From Mytilus trossulus (lineage: Eukaryota), in contig NC_086378.1 of the NCBI RefSeq assembly GCF_036588685.1, forward strand, positions 28,458,001 to 28,522,000: a stretch of 64,000 nucleotides of DNA, written 5' to 3'. Of this stretch, positions 15,001-24,299 are shown piece by piece; position 1 is the first letter of the stretch; each line of letters opens with the position of its first letter. The position numbers were made by a program, and so were the translations under genes. The notes under the pieces were generated by a model. It searched no databases. It was not told the origin of the DNA and saw nothing but the letters and a program-made list of their open reading frames with translations.

Positions 15001-15228
15001 GAAAACATTTCAAATGAAACGGAAGAAAGTAAACAACAAATCCAAGAACAAAATGATAAATCTCAGGAAAATAATACTGTCACTGAAAGTGAAAGTGAAA
15101 GTAGACTCAATGGTGAGAGTAGCAAAATATCTGATACAGAAAAGTCAGAAGCTGACAATAATGAAAACATAGAAAAAAGTACTGATGCAAATATTAGTGA
15201 TAGCCAGACAATAGAACCTTCTTCATAG
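1..15228 (+). CDS. ARHGEF12: RGS-RhoGEF (LARG/PDZ-RhoGEF/RhoGEF2-like), 5'-partial multi-exon gene: join(<1..60,669..786,1410..1591,2009..2258,3591..3666,4761..4850,5828..5979,7507..7613,8253..8349,8789..8883,13074..13302,14399..15228)
   Basis: Spliced translation ALESLRSRQKKDSRL..RRLQLKDLIPTQMMRLTKYPLLIE..ILEYVNQAVKE..LDLTKHKLVYDGLLTW..LLEDVLVLLQKQDEKLVLK..FSPLLELSSVL..DKKAFFVV..QIYEL..KWIKLI matches the end of the DH domain and the PH domain of LARG/PDZ-RhoGEF. All introns are GT-AG with compatible phases. Invertebrates have one co-orthologue of ARHGEF1/11/12, so the symbol is approximate. Confidence 0.92.
669..786 (+). CDS. ARHGEF12: RhoGEF exon (DH domain CR3 motif)
   Basis: tag|AAESSNLMRRLQLKDLIPTQMMRLTKYPLLIESLMKYTS|gtaggt. 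Confidence 0.92.
1410..1591 (+). CDS. ARHGEF12: RhoGEF exon (DH C-terminal helix)
   Basis: tgcag|QSEEHTKLERALQCSKHILEYVNQAVKEYENHYKLEHLQRK..KMK|gtaagt. Confidence 0.92.
2009..2258 (+). CDS. ARHGEF12: RhoGEF exon (PH domain)
   Basis: tttcag|ELDLTKHKLVYDGLLTW..NSKAT|gtatgt; overlaps ORF 2036..2266. Confidence 0.93.
2354..2535. mobile_element. MITE
   Basis: Imperfect TIRs caattcgcttcagaatctaa / ttagattttgaaaaagcgaattg. Confidence 0.65.
3133..3303. repeat. 44-bp minisatellite, ~3.9 copies
   Basis: ataggtgtaaaccaaccctttcttRgaacaaagttcataagttc at 3133, 3177, 3221, 3265. Confidence 0.92.
3591..3666 (+). CDS. ARHGEF12: RhoGEF exon (PH domain)
   Basis: tttcag|DKKAFFVVAKSQIYELSAHTGEEQK|gtaagt. Confidence 0.9.
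4170..4457 (+). mobile_element. short Helentron-associated (HINE/pearl-like) element
   Basis: 5' T-run plus inverted repeat atgcccc..ggggcat, degenerate GTCC/GTCT microsatellite, 3' sub-TIR gtggggcat plus hairpin ending CTTGTT; second copy at 11500-11800. Confidence 0.72.
4761..4850 (+). CDS. ARHGEF12: RhoGEF exon (PH terminal helix with conserved Trp)
   Basis: ttgcag|WIKLIKESADSHKRNKSTANQLRPSTSPG|gtaaga. Confidence 0.88.
5430..5825. repeat. 33-bp minisatellite, 12 copies, abutting a splice acceptor
   Basis: Unit aaagggaccttcaaactgtatctgtttattaca; it produces the spurious periodic ORFs at 5384-6011. Confidence 0.95.
5828..5979 (+). CDS. ARHGEF12: RhoGEF exon (post-PH region)
   Basis: ttgcag|LEENKEPTRIF..AEPVLTPL|gtacca; phases 2/1 fit the neighbouring exons. 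Confidence 0.8.
7507..7613 (+). CDS. ARHGEF12: RhoGEF exon (coiled coil)
   Basis: ctag|ERARRLDEAVKENLEEKRRLVAQIINDVDERDRLEQ|gtcagt. Confidence 0.8.
8253..8349 (+). CDS. ARHGEF12: RhoGEF exon
   Basis: caacag|ISMSPETESLHNTIQESMEECSSFIIEICDRE|gtatgt; the 3' boundary is less certain because another same-phase donor lies near 8433. Confidence 0.65.
8789..8883 (+). CDS. ARHGEF12: RhoGEF exon
   Basis: tttcag|GLMQENIQMPIPMDKLKEMANRMNQILTNLL|gtaaga. Confidence 0.78.
9845..10009. mobile_element. MITE
   Basis: Imperfect TIRs atacgccttatcgcta / tagcaataatgtgtat. Confidence 0.5.
10274..10327 (+). CDS. candidate 54-nt symmetric cassette exon of the RhoGEF
   Basis: tttcactattcag|EKTRAYHALRAAGQNESG|gtgagt; phase 0/0, stop-free, GC-richer than its flanks. 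Confidence 0.5.
11027..11185. repeat. 79-bp tandem duplication
   Basis: catataataggacaat..acatctttt at 11027 and 11106. Confidence 0.85.
11500..11800 (+). mobile_element. short Helentron-associated (HINE/pearl-like) element
   Basis: Homologous to 4170-4457 over its whole length. Confidence 0.72.
13074..13302 (+). CDS. ARHGEF12: RhoGEF exon (C-terminal coiled coil)
   Basis: tttcag|AVVGNRDEERERLRMELKAAQDELNMLREIQRK..QRDE|gtaaga. Confidence 0.82.
14399..15228 (+). CDS. ARHGEF12: RhoGEF terminal exon, acidic low-complexity tail
   Basis: tttcag acceptor at 14398, phase 1, continuing into ORF 14428..15228 (E/D/S/N-rich) and ending TAG. Confidence 0.8.
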
Positions 15229-16245
15229 TCTTATGTCACATGATAGGGTCACATGCTGGTAATGTGTTTTGGTGCTTGTCATATGACACAAATTTTCTGT
15301 TGTTTGTCAATGCCACTTAAAGCCTTGGTATAACATTTTTTCCATTTTTCTGTTCTTGCTGAAAATGCTTCATTTAAGCCAAAACTCTAACTGTAAGTCT
15401 GGTTTCCTTAAATTGAACATGTTATGTGTTTGAATAACACAAATGACGTTTAATTGACTTGGAAAGAAAATTGTCAAAGAGATCTTCAGTAAGATGATAT
15501 AAAAAATATAAAGAAAAGCTTGCCATTAAGAATGGTGAACAAAACAATTACACCATACAAAATGTTTATAAGTATAACATAGTGCTACCAATCCATTTAT
15601 TATTATAATATATATTCATTTGGTTTTTGAAGAGTGCTTAACAATTAACATTTGTAGATATTGAATGGAAAATGTATTTGAAAATGGTCTCTATAAATGA
15701 GTTCATCGTAAAAACAAGAAATAAAACATGAGATCATAAAATCATTTAAACTTGCTTGACAGTGTTGACAAACAAACAGACAAAATTAAATGAATTGTCT
15801 CCCTTTTTTCCAAAATGATGATTATTTCCCTTTTTTCCAAAATGATGAGTTTTAGAAGGAGCTTATGTGTTTCTACTGATGCAATAGTTGATCATGTGAT
15901 AGATTTTATAAATACACGGATCAATCATACGCATGTCCTCATGAGGGACAGTTTTTGTTACTGTTTTACAAAGTTTGAATTTCTGTAGCATGGTCATTAT
16001 GTTTATCATATGTTTATTTATGTGTTAACAATTTTGACAATTATTTATCCATATGTATATTTGTATCATATGTACAATAGGAATTTCAGACTTGAGACTT
16101 TATTGTTATACTGTTTTAAAATTTCTTAGAAGTTACTCACTGTTAGCAATTTATGTGATTAATATGTCATGCAAACCCTATTTTCTCTTTTGTTTCAACA
16201 TCAATTATGAATTAATTTCACTTTAAAAAGATTGATTACTCTATA

Positions 16246-16392
16246 ACAGTGATGGATCCAGAACTTTTTATAAGGGGGTCCACTGACTGACTTAAGGGGG
16301 AGCTCCAGTCATGTTTCAGTGATTCCTTACAGAAACAACTTAATTTTTCTCAAAACAAGGGTTGGCCCTTGACCCTTCTGGATATGGCCATG
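16246..16392. mobile_element. degenerate MITE (CAGTGGCGGATCC-type ends) in the 3' UTR; internally deleted relative at ~5182-5231
   Basis: cagtgatggatccaga..tctggatatggccatg; cactggcggatccaga..aaatccgcctct. Confidence 0.5.
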
Positions 16393-18541
16393 AATATATA
16401 CCTTTATTTTAATGAATAAAGTGCATCAAATGAAGTTTTTGGGAGACTGGAAAATTTGGTCTGATTTCTTTTGTTATTTCAACCTGAGAATAATTTTTTT
16501 ATAAGTGTAAGTTTACTTATTTAAAAGTTTAACCTTACCATAGTGATACCCAGTTTCGATTTTGCTTTAAAAAATTATGATCTTTTCATCTGATTATTTC
16601 TCATAATGATATCATAGGTAGTTTAAAAGACGTTTTATATCATACATGAAAATAAAATCATTTCAACAACTTAATTTAAGTATATAAGTCTATTATTATA
16701 AAATCAAACTTTTTGAAGCATATATCCCTTTTGAATTTCTGTATCTTTAGTTTTGTTTGTGTGATTTTATTAAACCACTGCTAAAGATAATGATGGTAGT
16801 TTGTTTAAGACTAGTTGTACTGTTTGTCATGTGATTATTATTTTAATGTCTTTCATTTAAGGCCCAAACTTAGTTGAAAGTTTTCTATTGCAGTAGAATA
16901 AAGAACTTGTCTGAAGGTTGGCAAACGATTATGAAGGTTATTTATGTACAAAGCATTCTATTTGAAAATTTACCAAAATTAAAATCTTGCAATAGGAAAC
17001 ATTTTTTTTAGTCTAATGTTTTTTTTTTATATATTCAAAGATCTAACCTAGTTATGGTTGTGTTTTGATTAATGATATATCAAGTTATAATATTTTGCTA
17101 CAATTTTTCGTTAATTTCTAACTTTTATTTATTTATATCATGGATGATGATTTGCCCTAATGTCAGCTATTTCTTTTTTTGAGGTTTAAGAAATGGAAAA
17201 TTAGAAATCAGGATTAAATTTTTAAAGGTCACATTACTTTCAAATATTTATTTTCATAATTAACATTGTTCATGGATTTAAAAAAAACAGTCTTTTTGGT
17301 GGACAGTAGTTTTTTTGTAGATTTAACTGATTCTACTTAAAACATGTTAAAAGTGTATATTGAATTTGTACTCTGTTTAACTCATTTAAACATGCAGTAT
17401 TAAATTCAAACTACCAAATCCATAAAAATTAGTACCCCGGGAAAAACTTGGAATCAGCTATATATTTAAAATTAATTTCTTAAAACCTGGTTTGTTTACA
17501 AAATTTATGTTATTAGAAATACATAGCACAGTATATTCTGAATTTTTATTTTAGTTTTAATTAAATTATTTTTATAACTTAAAAATGTTACAACTATTTG
17601 GAAAAGGATATATATTTTATATATATTGAAACAAAACAAAGCTTTATATCGGAATCAAGCTGTTGAGAATACAAATTATTTTCGTGATAGTTTATTGACA
17701 TGGGAGGGACAACCTCTTAATTTTTTTTTAGAGTGAGTTTTATCATCCATTAATTGTGCAATATGTGACCAAACTTTATACATCATTATTTAATCATTAC
17801 ATTAACGCTACAGGGAGCACCTGTTTATAATACACAGGTATTACATTGGACAGGTAGTTCCATTTCTGATTCTGTTTGACTTGTTGTAATTCATTAAATG
17901 TTAATTATGAATTACAAAAAATACTGAAATTATGTTGATTTTCTTATCCATATTTAAAATTGTGCATAGTATGAAAGCTTTGATAATTAATCCTTACCAT
18001 TCATTAGCCTTGAACAAACAATATAATCTAGTTCTTTATATTATGTAAACTGGAATAGCTCTATACCTTTAGCTAGAATGTAGAGTTAATGAAAGGTTTT
18101 TATACTTTAAAAACAAGTACTTAACATCATTTAACAAAACAATGTCAATCAAAATTATATTTCCCAATATAACATTGGTTTTAACATGTTCTTACAACTA
18201 TTTCATAAGATAATGTTTTTTAAGCTTTTTCCCAGTCAGTATTTTGACTTTTTCAAACATTCTTACTTTAATTGATTCTCCAGTCATTTGATTGGTTGAA
18301 GAAATGTTCTAGTGTAAATTTTTGCTGCTGTTAAGTGTTTAGAGTAGAATATGACTAAGGTCTACTCAAATATATGACTAATGTCTTCTCAAAAATATAT
18401 TGAAAGGTCTACTCAAATATATGACTAAAGGTTTTCTCTGATGATGCAAGGTTAAATAATGTATATGATTTGTTAGACGTCTCTCTTTGTACAGTTGTAT
18501 ATAGAAATAATATTATTGTACAGACAAAGAAATAATGGAAA

Positions 18542-18547
18542 AATAAA
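18542..18547 (+). terminator. probable polyadenylation signal of the RhoGEF (3' UTR ~15229-18570)
   Basis: AATAAA preceded by TGTA motifs and followed by a T-rich tract; other AATAAA hexamers upstream are alternatives. Confidence 0.35.
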
Positions 18548-20058
18548 ATACAAATATTAAGTAAAACAGGCTTTTTATTGATACTTCTAATAATGAACAG
18601 GATTCTTTAATTAATCTGTTTACTGTAGAATGGGTTATGTCTACATTAATGTTTAAATTTCGTGATTGCAATGGCATAAATGTTTGTAAAGTTTTATTTT
18701 TGTCCCGTATTGTGAATAATATTAAGTAGGTGGTCTAGTTTTAGTGGCCAGGTCAAACCAAAAACGTTAAAAATTGATATTTCCTGCTTCTCTATCCAGC
18801 ATGCAGCTTTAAGGTTTAATAGCAAAGACTGGTCATTCCCAGTCAGAATAAAGTGTAAGGATAGGGTGATGCATCTTTCAGTGAACTGTGTTACCTTTTG
18901 TACTGGCACATTAAACATTAGATTTGGCCTATAGGTACACAGTCTAGTACAAAGCAGGGTTAATATTCATATTTCATCCTGAGTATTAATGCTGTTAATA
19001 TGTATATCAAGAAAGGAGTCATATTAGAGCATCATTTAGAATTTTGAGTGGTGCACCTGAGATACCCTGCCCCCTCCTCCTCCCCCTAGTTTTTTGTGGG
19101 GTTCGTGTTGCTCAATCTTTAGTTATCTATGTTGTGTTTTGTGTACTGTTGTGTGTCTTATTAGCCATGGCATTTCAGTTTATTTTTGACTTATGAGTTT
19201 GAATGTTCATTTGATATATTTTGCCCTCATTTAAGAAACGTGTAGATATTTTTCACCTGAAGAACTATTGTCCTCAGTGTCTGATAAGAAAACACAATAA
19301 ATACAGTACGGAAAAAGTTCTGACATCTAAAAACAGAAACTTAATAAGTCAAACTTGATTCGGATTTGGTATACTAGTATTAAAAAAACTGCAGCTCTGA
19401 TGAACTTTCCACCAAATAGAAAAACATGTACGGATTTTAAATAAATAATTAATTTTAAAACAATACTGTGAAACGACTGTGAGGTGACCTGGTAGCATAA
19501 TGAAACCACGAAATTCATATTGCAAAAGCAAGCTAGTTTGAAAACACGAAAATGGGTGGTCATGTATCAAATTATTTGCAAACAATACATTAACAGTCAC
19601 AACCACTCCTTTAACTCCTTAAATGAACAAAACTTGTAAATGTTTTCAGTCTAAAAATGCCCAGCTTGACATGGAATATCAACAAAACAGAAAAGATTTC
19701 TTACAATCTGTGATCTTTCTAGGATTTTAATGCATCTTGTAGTAAAACATCTTGTAGTAAAACACAAGAAATCAAAATTTTCCGGATTTTTTAGGTCTTT
19801 TATCCTATTTGCTTTAAAGAGTTTCAAATGATTATTTTTAATCTTTTACTCTCTTTCTTGTATTTATTTTCTAGCTAAAGAAGTTTTCCTCTGTACTAAA
19901 ATTCTTTCCCAATCACCAATTTCTTCACTTCCCATGATACAATGTTTTGGTGAAATTGAAATGACAAATGTTTTCCAAAGGGTTTTCCATACATCGAGGA
20001 CCAGAAAGTCATCAGGATTTCTAGCATTTTATTTTCACTGAACCACTCGATGAGCATT

Positions 20059-20233
20059 GAGGGGGATAGGACCTTTATCGGGACTCCGGGATCGGGTGTT
20101 TTTAAGCTCGGGATTTCGGGATTGACCTTTTCGGGATCCGGGATTTTTTTTCAACTTTCGGGACTTCGGGACTTCGGGATTTCGTGTTTTTAAGCCCTGG
20201 ATTTCGGGATTAGGACCCCTGCTACTCCCTCTC
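20059..20233. mobile_element. GC-rich MITE with 6-bp TSD
   Basis: AGCATT directly repeated at 20053-20058 and 20234-20239; ends GAGGGGGATAG / CTACTCCCTCTC; internal (TT)CGGGA(T) repeats. Confidence 0.7.
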
Positions 20234-21294
20234 AGCATTTGATGCAAATGACTGTGTAATGTAGATTTGAGACTCATAGACAGAACTGCTGGAAGACAGC
20301 TCACTGCTTACTTTAATTTGTTGTTTTCTGTATGAAAAATACAAAATGTTTGGAAACACATTACTTTTATATTTCTTGGTGAGGGTTTCACTCTTGTCGT
20401 CCAGTAAAATTAAAAACGTATACCAAATAAACTACCAGTAAAATCTTCAGAAACGCATTTTTCTAGATTTGCCTTCACCAGGAACGATAACACTTCAAAA
20501 GTTGCCATACCTAACACGTGGATAACTTTAAGATTGAAAGGATTAAAGGTAACGGTAGTATACCTCTATTCAATAGCGAAAACAAATTCGGGTCCCAAAC
20601 CAAAAGCGCGGGTAACATCAACTATTCGAGGAAAACATCGTAATAACCAAAACAATAATCTCCTACAAAAATAAAAAGTCGACATACATAGAAAAGGACT
20701 TTCTGATAACAACTTTCATATTCCCGAATTGGTACAGAACATTTAAATAAACACTCATCTGAATTTTACCATCATCAGGGAAGCTCACTCAGCAAACGTT
20801 GAAAGAAAATGCCGTATGACTAATAAAGTGGATAGCTTTATGACTAAAAAGAGTCGAGAGAATAACCAAACTAGTTCAAGGTCAATATTGCCTGAGGGGG
20901 TAGGCACCTAAGTTTTTCTAAATGATTTCCTAATTCATCAACGGACAATAAGTTTCACAAAGTATGTTATAAATCAAATCAGTGTAATAAGTTTAAAATT
21001 TCGTTAATTTCATTTCTCTTAAATGGGACGAGGGAAGTATTTTTTTCTAAAATTAGCAAAACGCTACAATGCTAACTCCTGCTTTCCTTTAATTGTGCAG
21101 ATTCTGAAGGCCATGTCATTTCACAATAACAATTGCTAAAAAGTTTTACAAAAAGCGATGAATCAAAATTACAATCCGATCATTTTCTTTTTTAGAATTT
21201 CACTACAAAGGTGTGAACAAGTGCACTTTAATGAAACTAATAATTGCCATCCAAATCGATTTTTTTTAAGGATGCTTCATTAAATTGAAATACG

Positions 21295-21580
21295 ACAATA
21301 ACAATCAAAACCAAGGAGTAAACAAAGACTCATAAAACCAAGACATTTACATCAACAGTTACAAATAATAAATAAGAAACAACACGAACTCCACTAAAAA
21401 CCGGGAGTGAAATCAGGTACTCCGAAAGGGTAAGCATTTTCTGTACCGTATAGGGCAACCGTCGTGTTATTTCTTTTTTCACTTCAGTAATGATGAAAGA
21501 TTATTATGATTGAGGAAGAATATCAGATATGAATTCTGACACACTTTTGTCATAATGGCAAGTCAGCTCATGATGTGGAC
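21295..21580 (-). mobile_element. 3' end of a Penelope-like element (RT C-terminus plus 3' UTR)
   Basis: Minus strand reads HHELTCHYDKSVSEFISDILPQS*, followed by the tgcttaccctt.cggag.acctgatttcactccc motif shared with 44250-44285 and 46030-46245. Confidence 0.5.
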
Positions 21581-21837
21581 TTAAATTATAATCCTGGTAC
21601 CTTTGATAACTATCAATGAAAATAAGATGCTGGAAATCCAGATGAATTTCTGATCCCCTATAGTTATACGATGATGACTGATGTACCCATATTTTGACTA
21701 TTTTATTAATTGTGACTGTTTATTTAAAAGAAACGCGCGTCTGGCATACTAAATTATAATCCTGGTACCTTTGATAACTATTGACATATAAAAACGTTCC
21801 GAATATTGTTAATTCAAGTAGGTAGCATTTTGTAAAT

Positions 21838-22341
21838 AAAGACAACAGTAGTATACCGATGTTCAAAACTTCTAAATTGGTAGATAACAAAAAACAAAAC
21901 CAGGTCATACACCAAAACCGAGGGAAACGCATTAAATACAAGGAAATGACGACACATCATTAAAATGTAACACACACAGAAACGAACTAAGCATTAGACA
22001 AAATCCGATGCGAATAACAAATATAACATCAAAACTAATTAAATGAATTTGGGATAGAAAAGTACCGTGACACCTCTTATAATAATGTGAATTCACACTC
22101 AATTATAAGTGGAAACAAACGACACAAAAGAAACACAACGTTTAAATGTAACACACTCAGAAACGAACTATAATATAACATATGACAATGACCATATTCC
22201 TGACTTGGTACAGTACATTTAAAAAAAAAAATGGTGGGTTGAACCTGGTTTTGAGGCATGCTAAACCTCCCTTTTTATGGCCATGTACATGATGTAAAAT
22301 ATAACATTAAAATGACAACATAACATAACAGGACTACAATA
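21838..22341. repeat. dispersed repeat, second copy at 37982-38530
   Basis: caacagtagtataccg.tgttcaaaact..accgagggaaacgcatt..caggactacaatac is collinear in both copies. Confidence 0.8.
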
Positions 22342-22411
22342 CCGGAAACGAAATATGTATACCTACACAAGCCTACACAAGAAATTCATTGATTTCTTTC
22401 GTACAAATTAA

Positions 22412-22760
22412 TAATGTGGATATTTTATTTAAATATGTTATTAATCATGGTTGAAATCGCAGGGCAGTGATTGCATTGCAATCGTATCTGGTAACTATGT
22501 ACATTGTTTATATCTCCTGCGCCTCTACATCATAACTTGTTCATATTGACCAATCAGGATGCAGCATAGGTACCGTTGATATGTCTGGCATTTCATATCA
22601 ACCAATCAAGAGCTAGTATTCATATTTCCCGCTTCATTATTTAGCCAATCAGTTTGTAGGTCAATTAACATCGTCTGGCATCATCGTCAGGTTCAGCATT
22701 CAAAATAATAACTTGCAGCAGCAAACACCTTGTTTAAACTAAGGCTAAAGATTTTTATTC
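22412..22760 (+). repeat. Ngaro split direct repeat A1 (349 bp)
   Basis: taatgtggatatttt..aaagatttttattc, identical by eye to 27362-27710. Confidence 0.95.
22550..22649 (+). promoter_or_regulatory. three CCAAT boxes in repeat A (putative element promoter)
   Basis: gaCCAATcag 22550, aaCCAATcaa 22602, agCCAATcag 22645, all fitting the NF-Y consensus RRCCAATCR. Confidence 0.5.
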
Positions 22761-23180
22761 TCATACTTATTAATTATAAGTTTAACAACCGAAAGTGGAC
22801 GTTCTATACAGTACGATGGAAAGCTTTCATTTACAGTACTATGTGATGAATTTACGATACTAACGAAAGTTTGATATCATCTGTGAAAAAACTTCTTGAT
22901 AGGAATACGGTGATCAATCCGAGGACGTCAAGATAATCTCGCGTGGTACAGCATAATAGTTACCGATGAAACAGTTTGGAAATTCGCAGAATTGTATCGC
23001 ATGTGCAAACCAGAACTTTTAAAGTTGATGAGCATTAAGCTGGAACGTTCTAGACATCCCAATGGATAATACCATACTTAGCGTAACTCCGGAAGCTGAC
23101 CTGGAAATCATGTTTTTTGTGCAGTAATCAACGACTGGATTTATTAACTTTGCTGTGATATTGTGTAGTCAGTTAGCAAG

Positions 23181-24299
23181 ATGACTTTTGAAGGCTCAAG
23201 CTCCAAAACCATGACAGACGTGGAACGGGTTTTGACCTGGGCAGATGCAAAAAAGCTTAGCGAGGCAACGGCAAATGCAGTGATAAGTCTAGGATTTGAC
23301 TCAATGGAAGCTTTGGCGCTTTTAGAAGGCGAAGATCTTCAGAAGACCAAAATACCGATTGGACAACAGAAGCTACTCCTGAAGAGTATAAGGCAGTCAT
23401 TTAAAGCAGAAACTGAAAACGCGCCAAAAGGCAGTAATGGTGGACTTCCGGCATGTCCGACTTCAGAAGATGCGTGCGCACCGGAAATTACAGACATCCA
23501 AGATGGCGGCAACAATAACAATAACAACCTAACATCCGGTTTGACAGACACATGTGTTGGCAATGTTTTAAACCAATTACAACAGCAGCAAGCAGCATCC
23601 GGTGTCATTAATCAAGGTAGTGCTTGTTTTAATAACATTCAGTCCTGGCAGGACCCACAAATATTTATTAAGTCATTAGGAAATAACAAAACTAACTCTA
23701 ATTATTTAGACATTGTTGATTTTGTCATGTTATCAGGGGTAAACAGTGGGGATAACGATGAACGGATTGTATCCGAATCAGGTTCAGGTCAGTTAATTTT
23801 AAAATCTGGACCTTCTAAACCTAAGCTTGAATCGTTAAATGTAAGCCAATGGTCAATGGCAAACTTGGCAATTTTATATAAGTTATTAGAAGAGGGTCAT
23901 CTAGTCCAGAATAACATACTGGACTACCTATCATATGCCACTCGTACGTACCAGTTGTTTCTTTCACATGATGTTACATCAGTTTTCTTTTATGATAGAG
24001 AGTATCGCAGGTTGCAAAAGTTCAGATGGGGAACTGATGTACCACATATTCAAACTGTGTTTTTAAAATCAAAGGGTAGTAATTCTACCAAGTTTTCCAA
24101 ACCTCCAGTGTCTACCTCTAAGGGTTTCAAACCATTTTCTTCTCACACAGCTGGTGGGAAAGAAATATGTAAAAAGTTCAACTCCAGGCTAGGTTGTTCA
24201 CTTAGTGGGTGCAAATTTGAACATGTGTGTAATGTCCCAGGTTGTGGACAAAGACACTCTGGCTCAGGGCATCAGTCTAGCTTTCCAAAAAACGGATAG
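23181..24299 (+). CDS. gag: Ngaro ORF1 Gag-like protein (N-terminal SAM-like domain, C-terminal CCCH plus Cys/His knuckle)
   Basis: 372 aa with ATG start; YDREYRRLQ..RW motif; C-x8-C-x4-C-x3-H followed by C-x4-C-x3-H at the C-terminus. Confidence 0.88.
   Translation: MTFEGSSSKTMTDVERVLTWADAKKLSEATANAVISLGFDSMEALALLEGEDLQKTKIPIGQQKLLLKSIRQSFKAETENAPKGSNGGLPACPTSEDACAPEITDIQDGGNNNNNNLTSGLTDTCVGNVLNQLQQQQAASGVINQGSACFNNIQSWQDPQIFIKSLGNNKTNSNYLDIVDFVMLSGVNSGDNDERIVSESGSGQLILKSGPSKPKLESLNVSQWSMANLAILYKLLEEGHLVQNNILDYLSYATRTYQLFLSHDVTSVFFYDREYRRLQKFRWGTDVPHIQTVFLKSKGSNSTKFSKPPVSTSKGFKPFSSHTAGGKEICKKFNSRLGCSLSGCKFEHVCNVPGCGQRHSGSGHQSSFPKNG

Noticed and set aside
19965-20016. CTGATGA..GAAA on the minus strand as a possible hammerhead
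   Set aside because: No convincing helix II or helix I pairing can be drawn.
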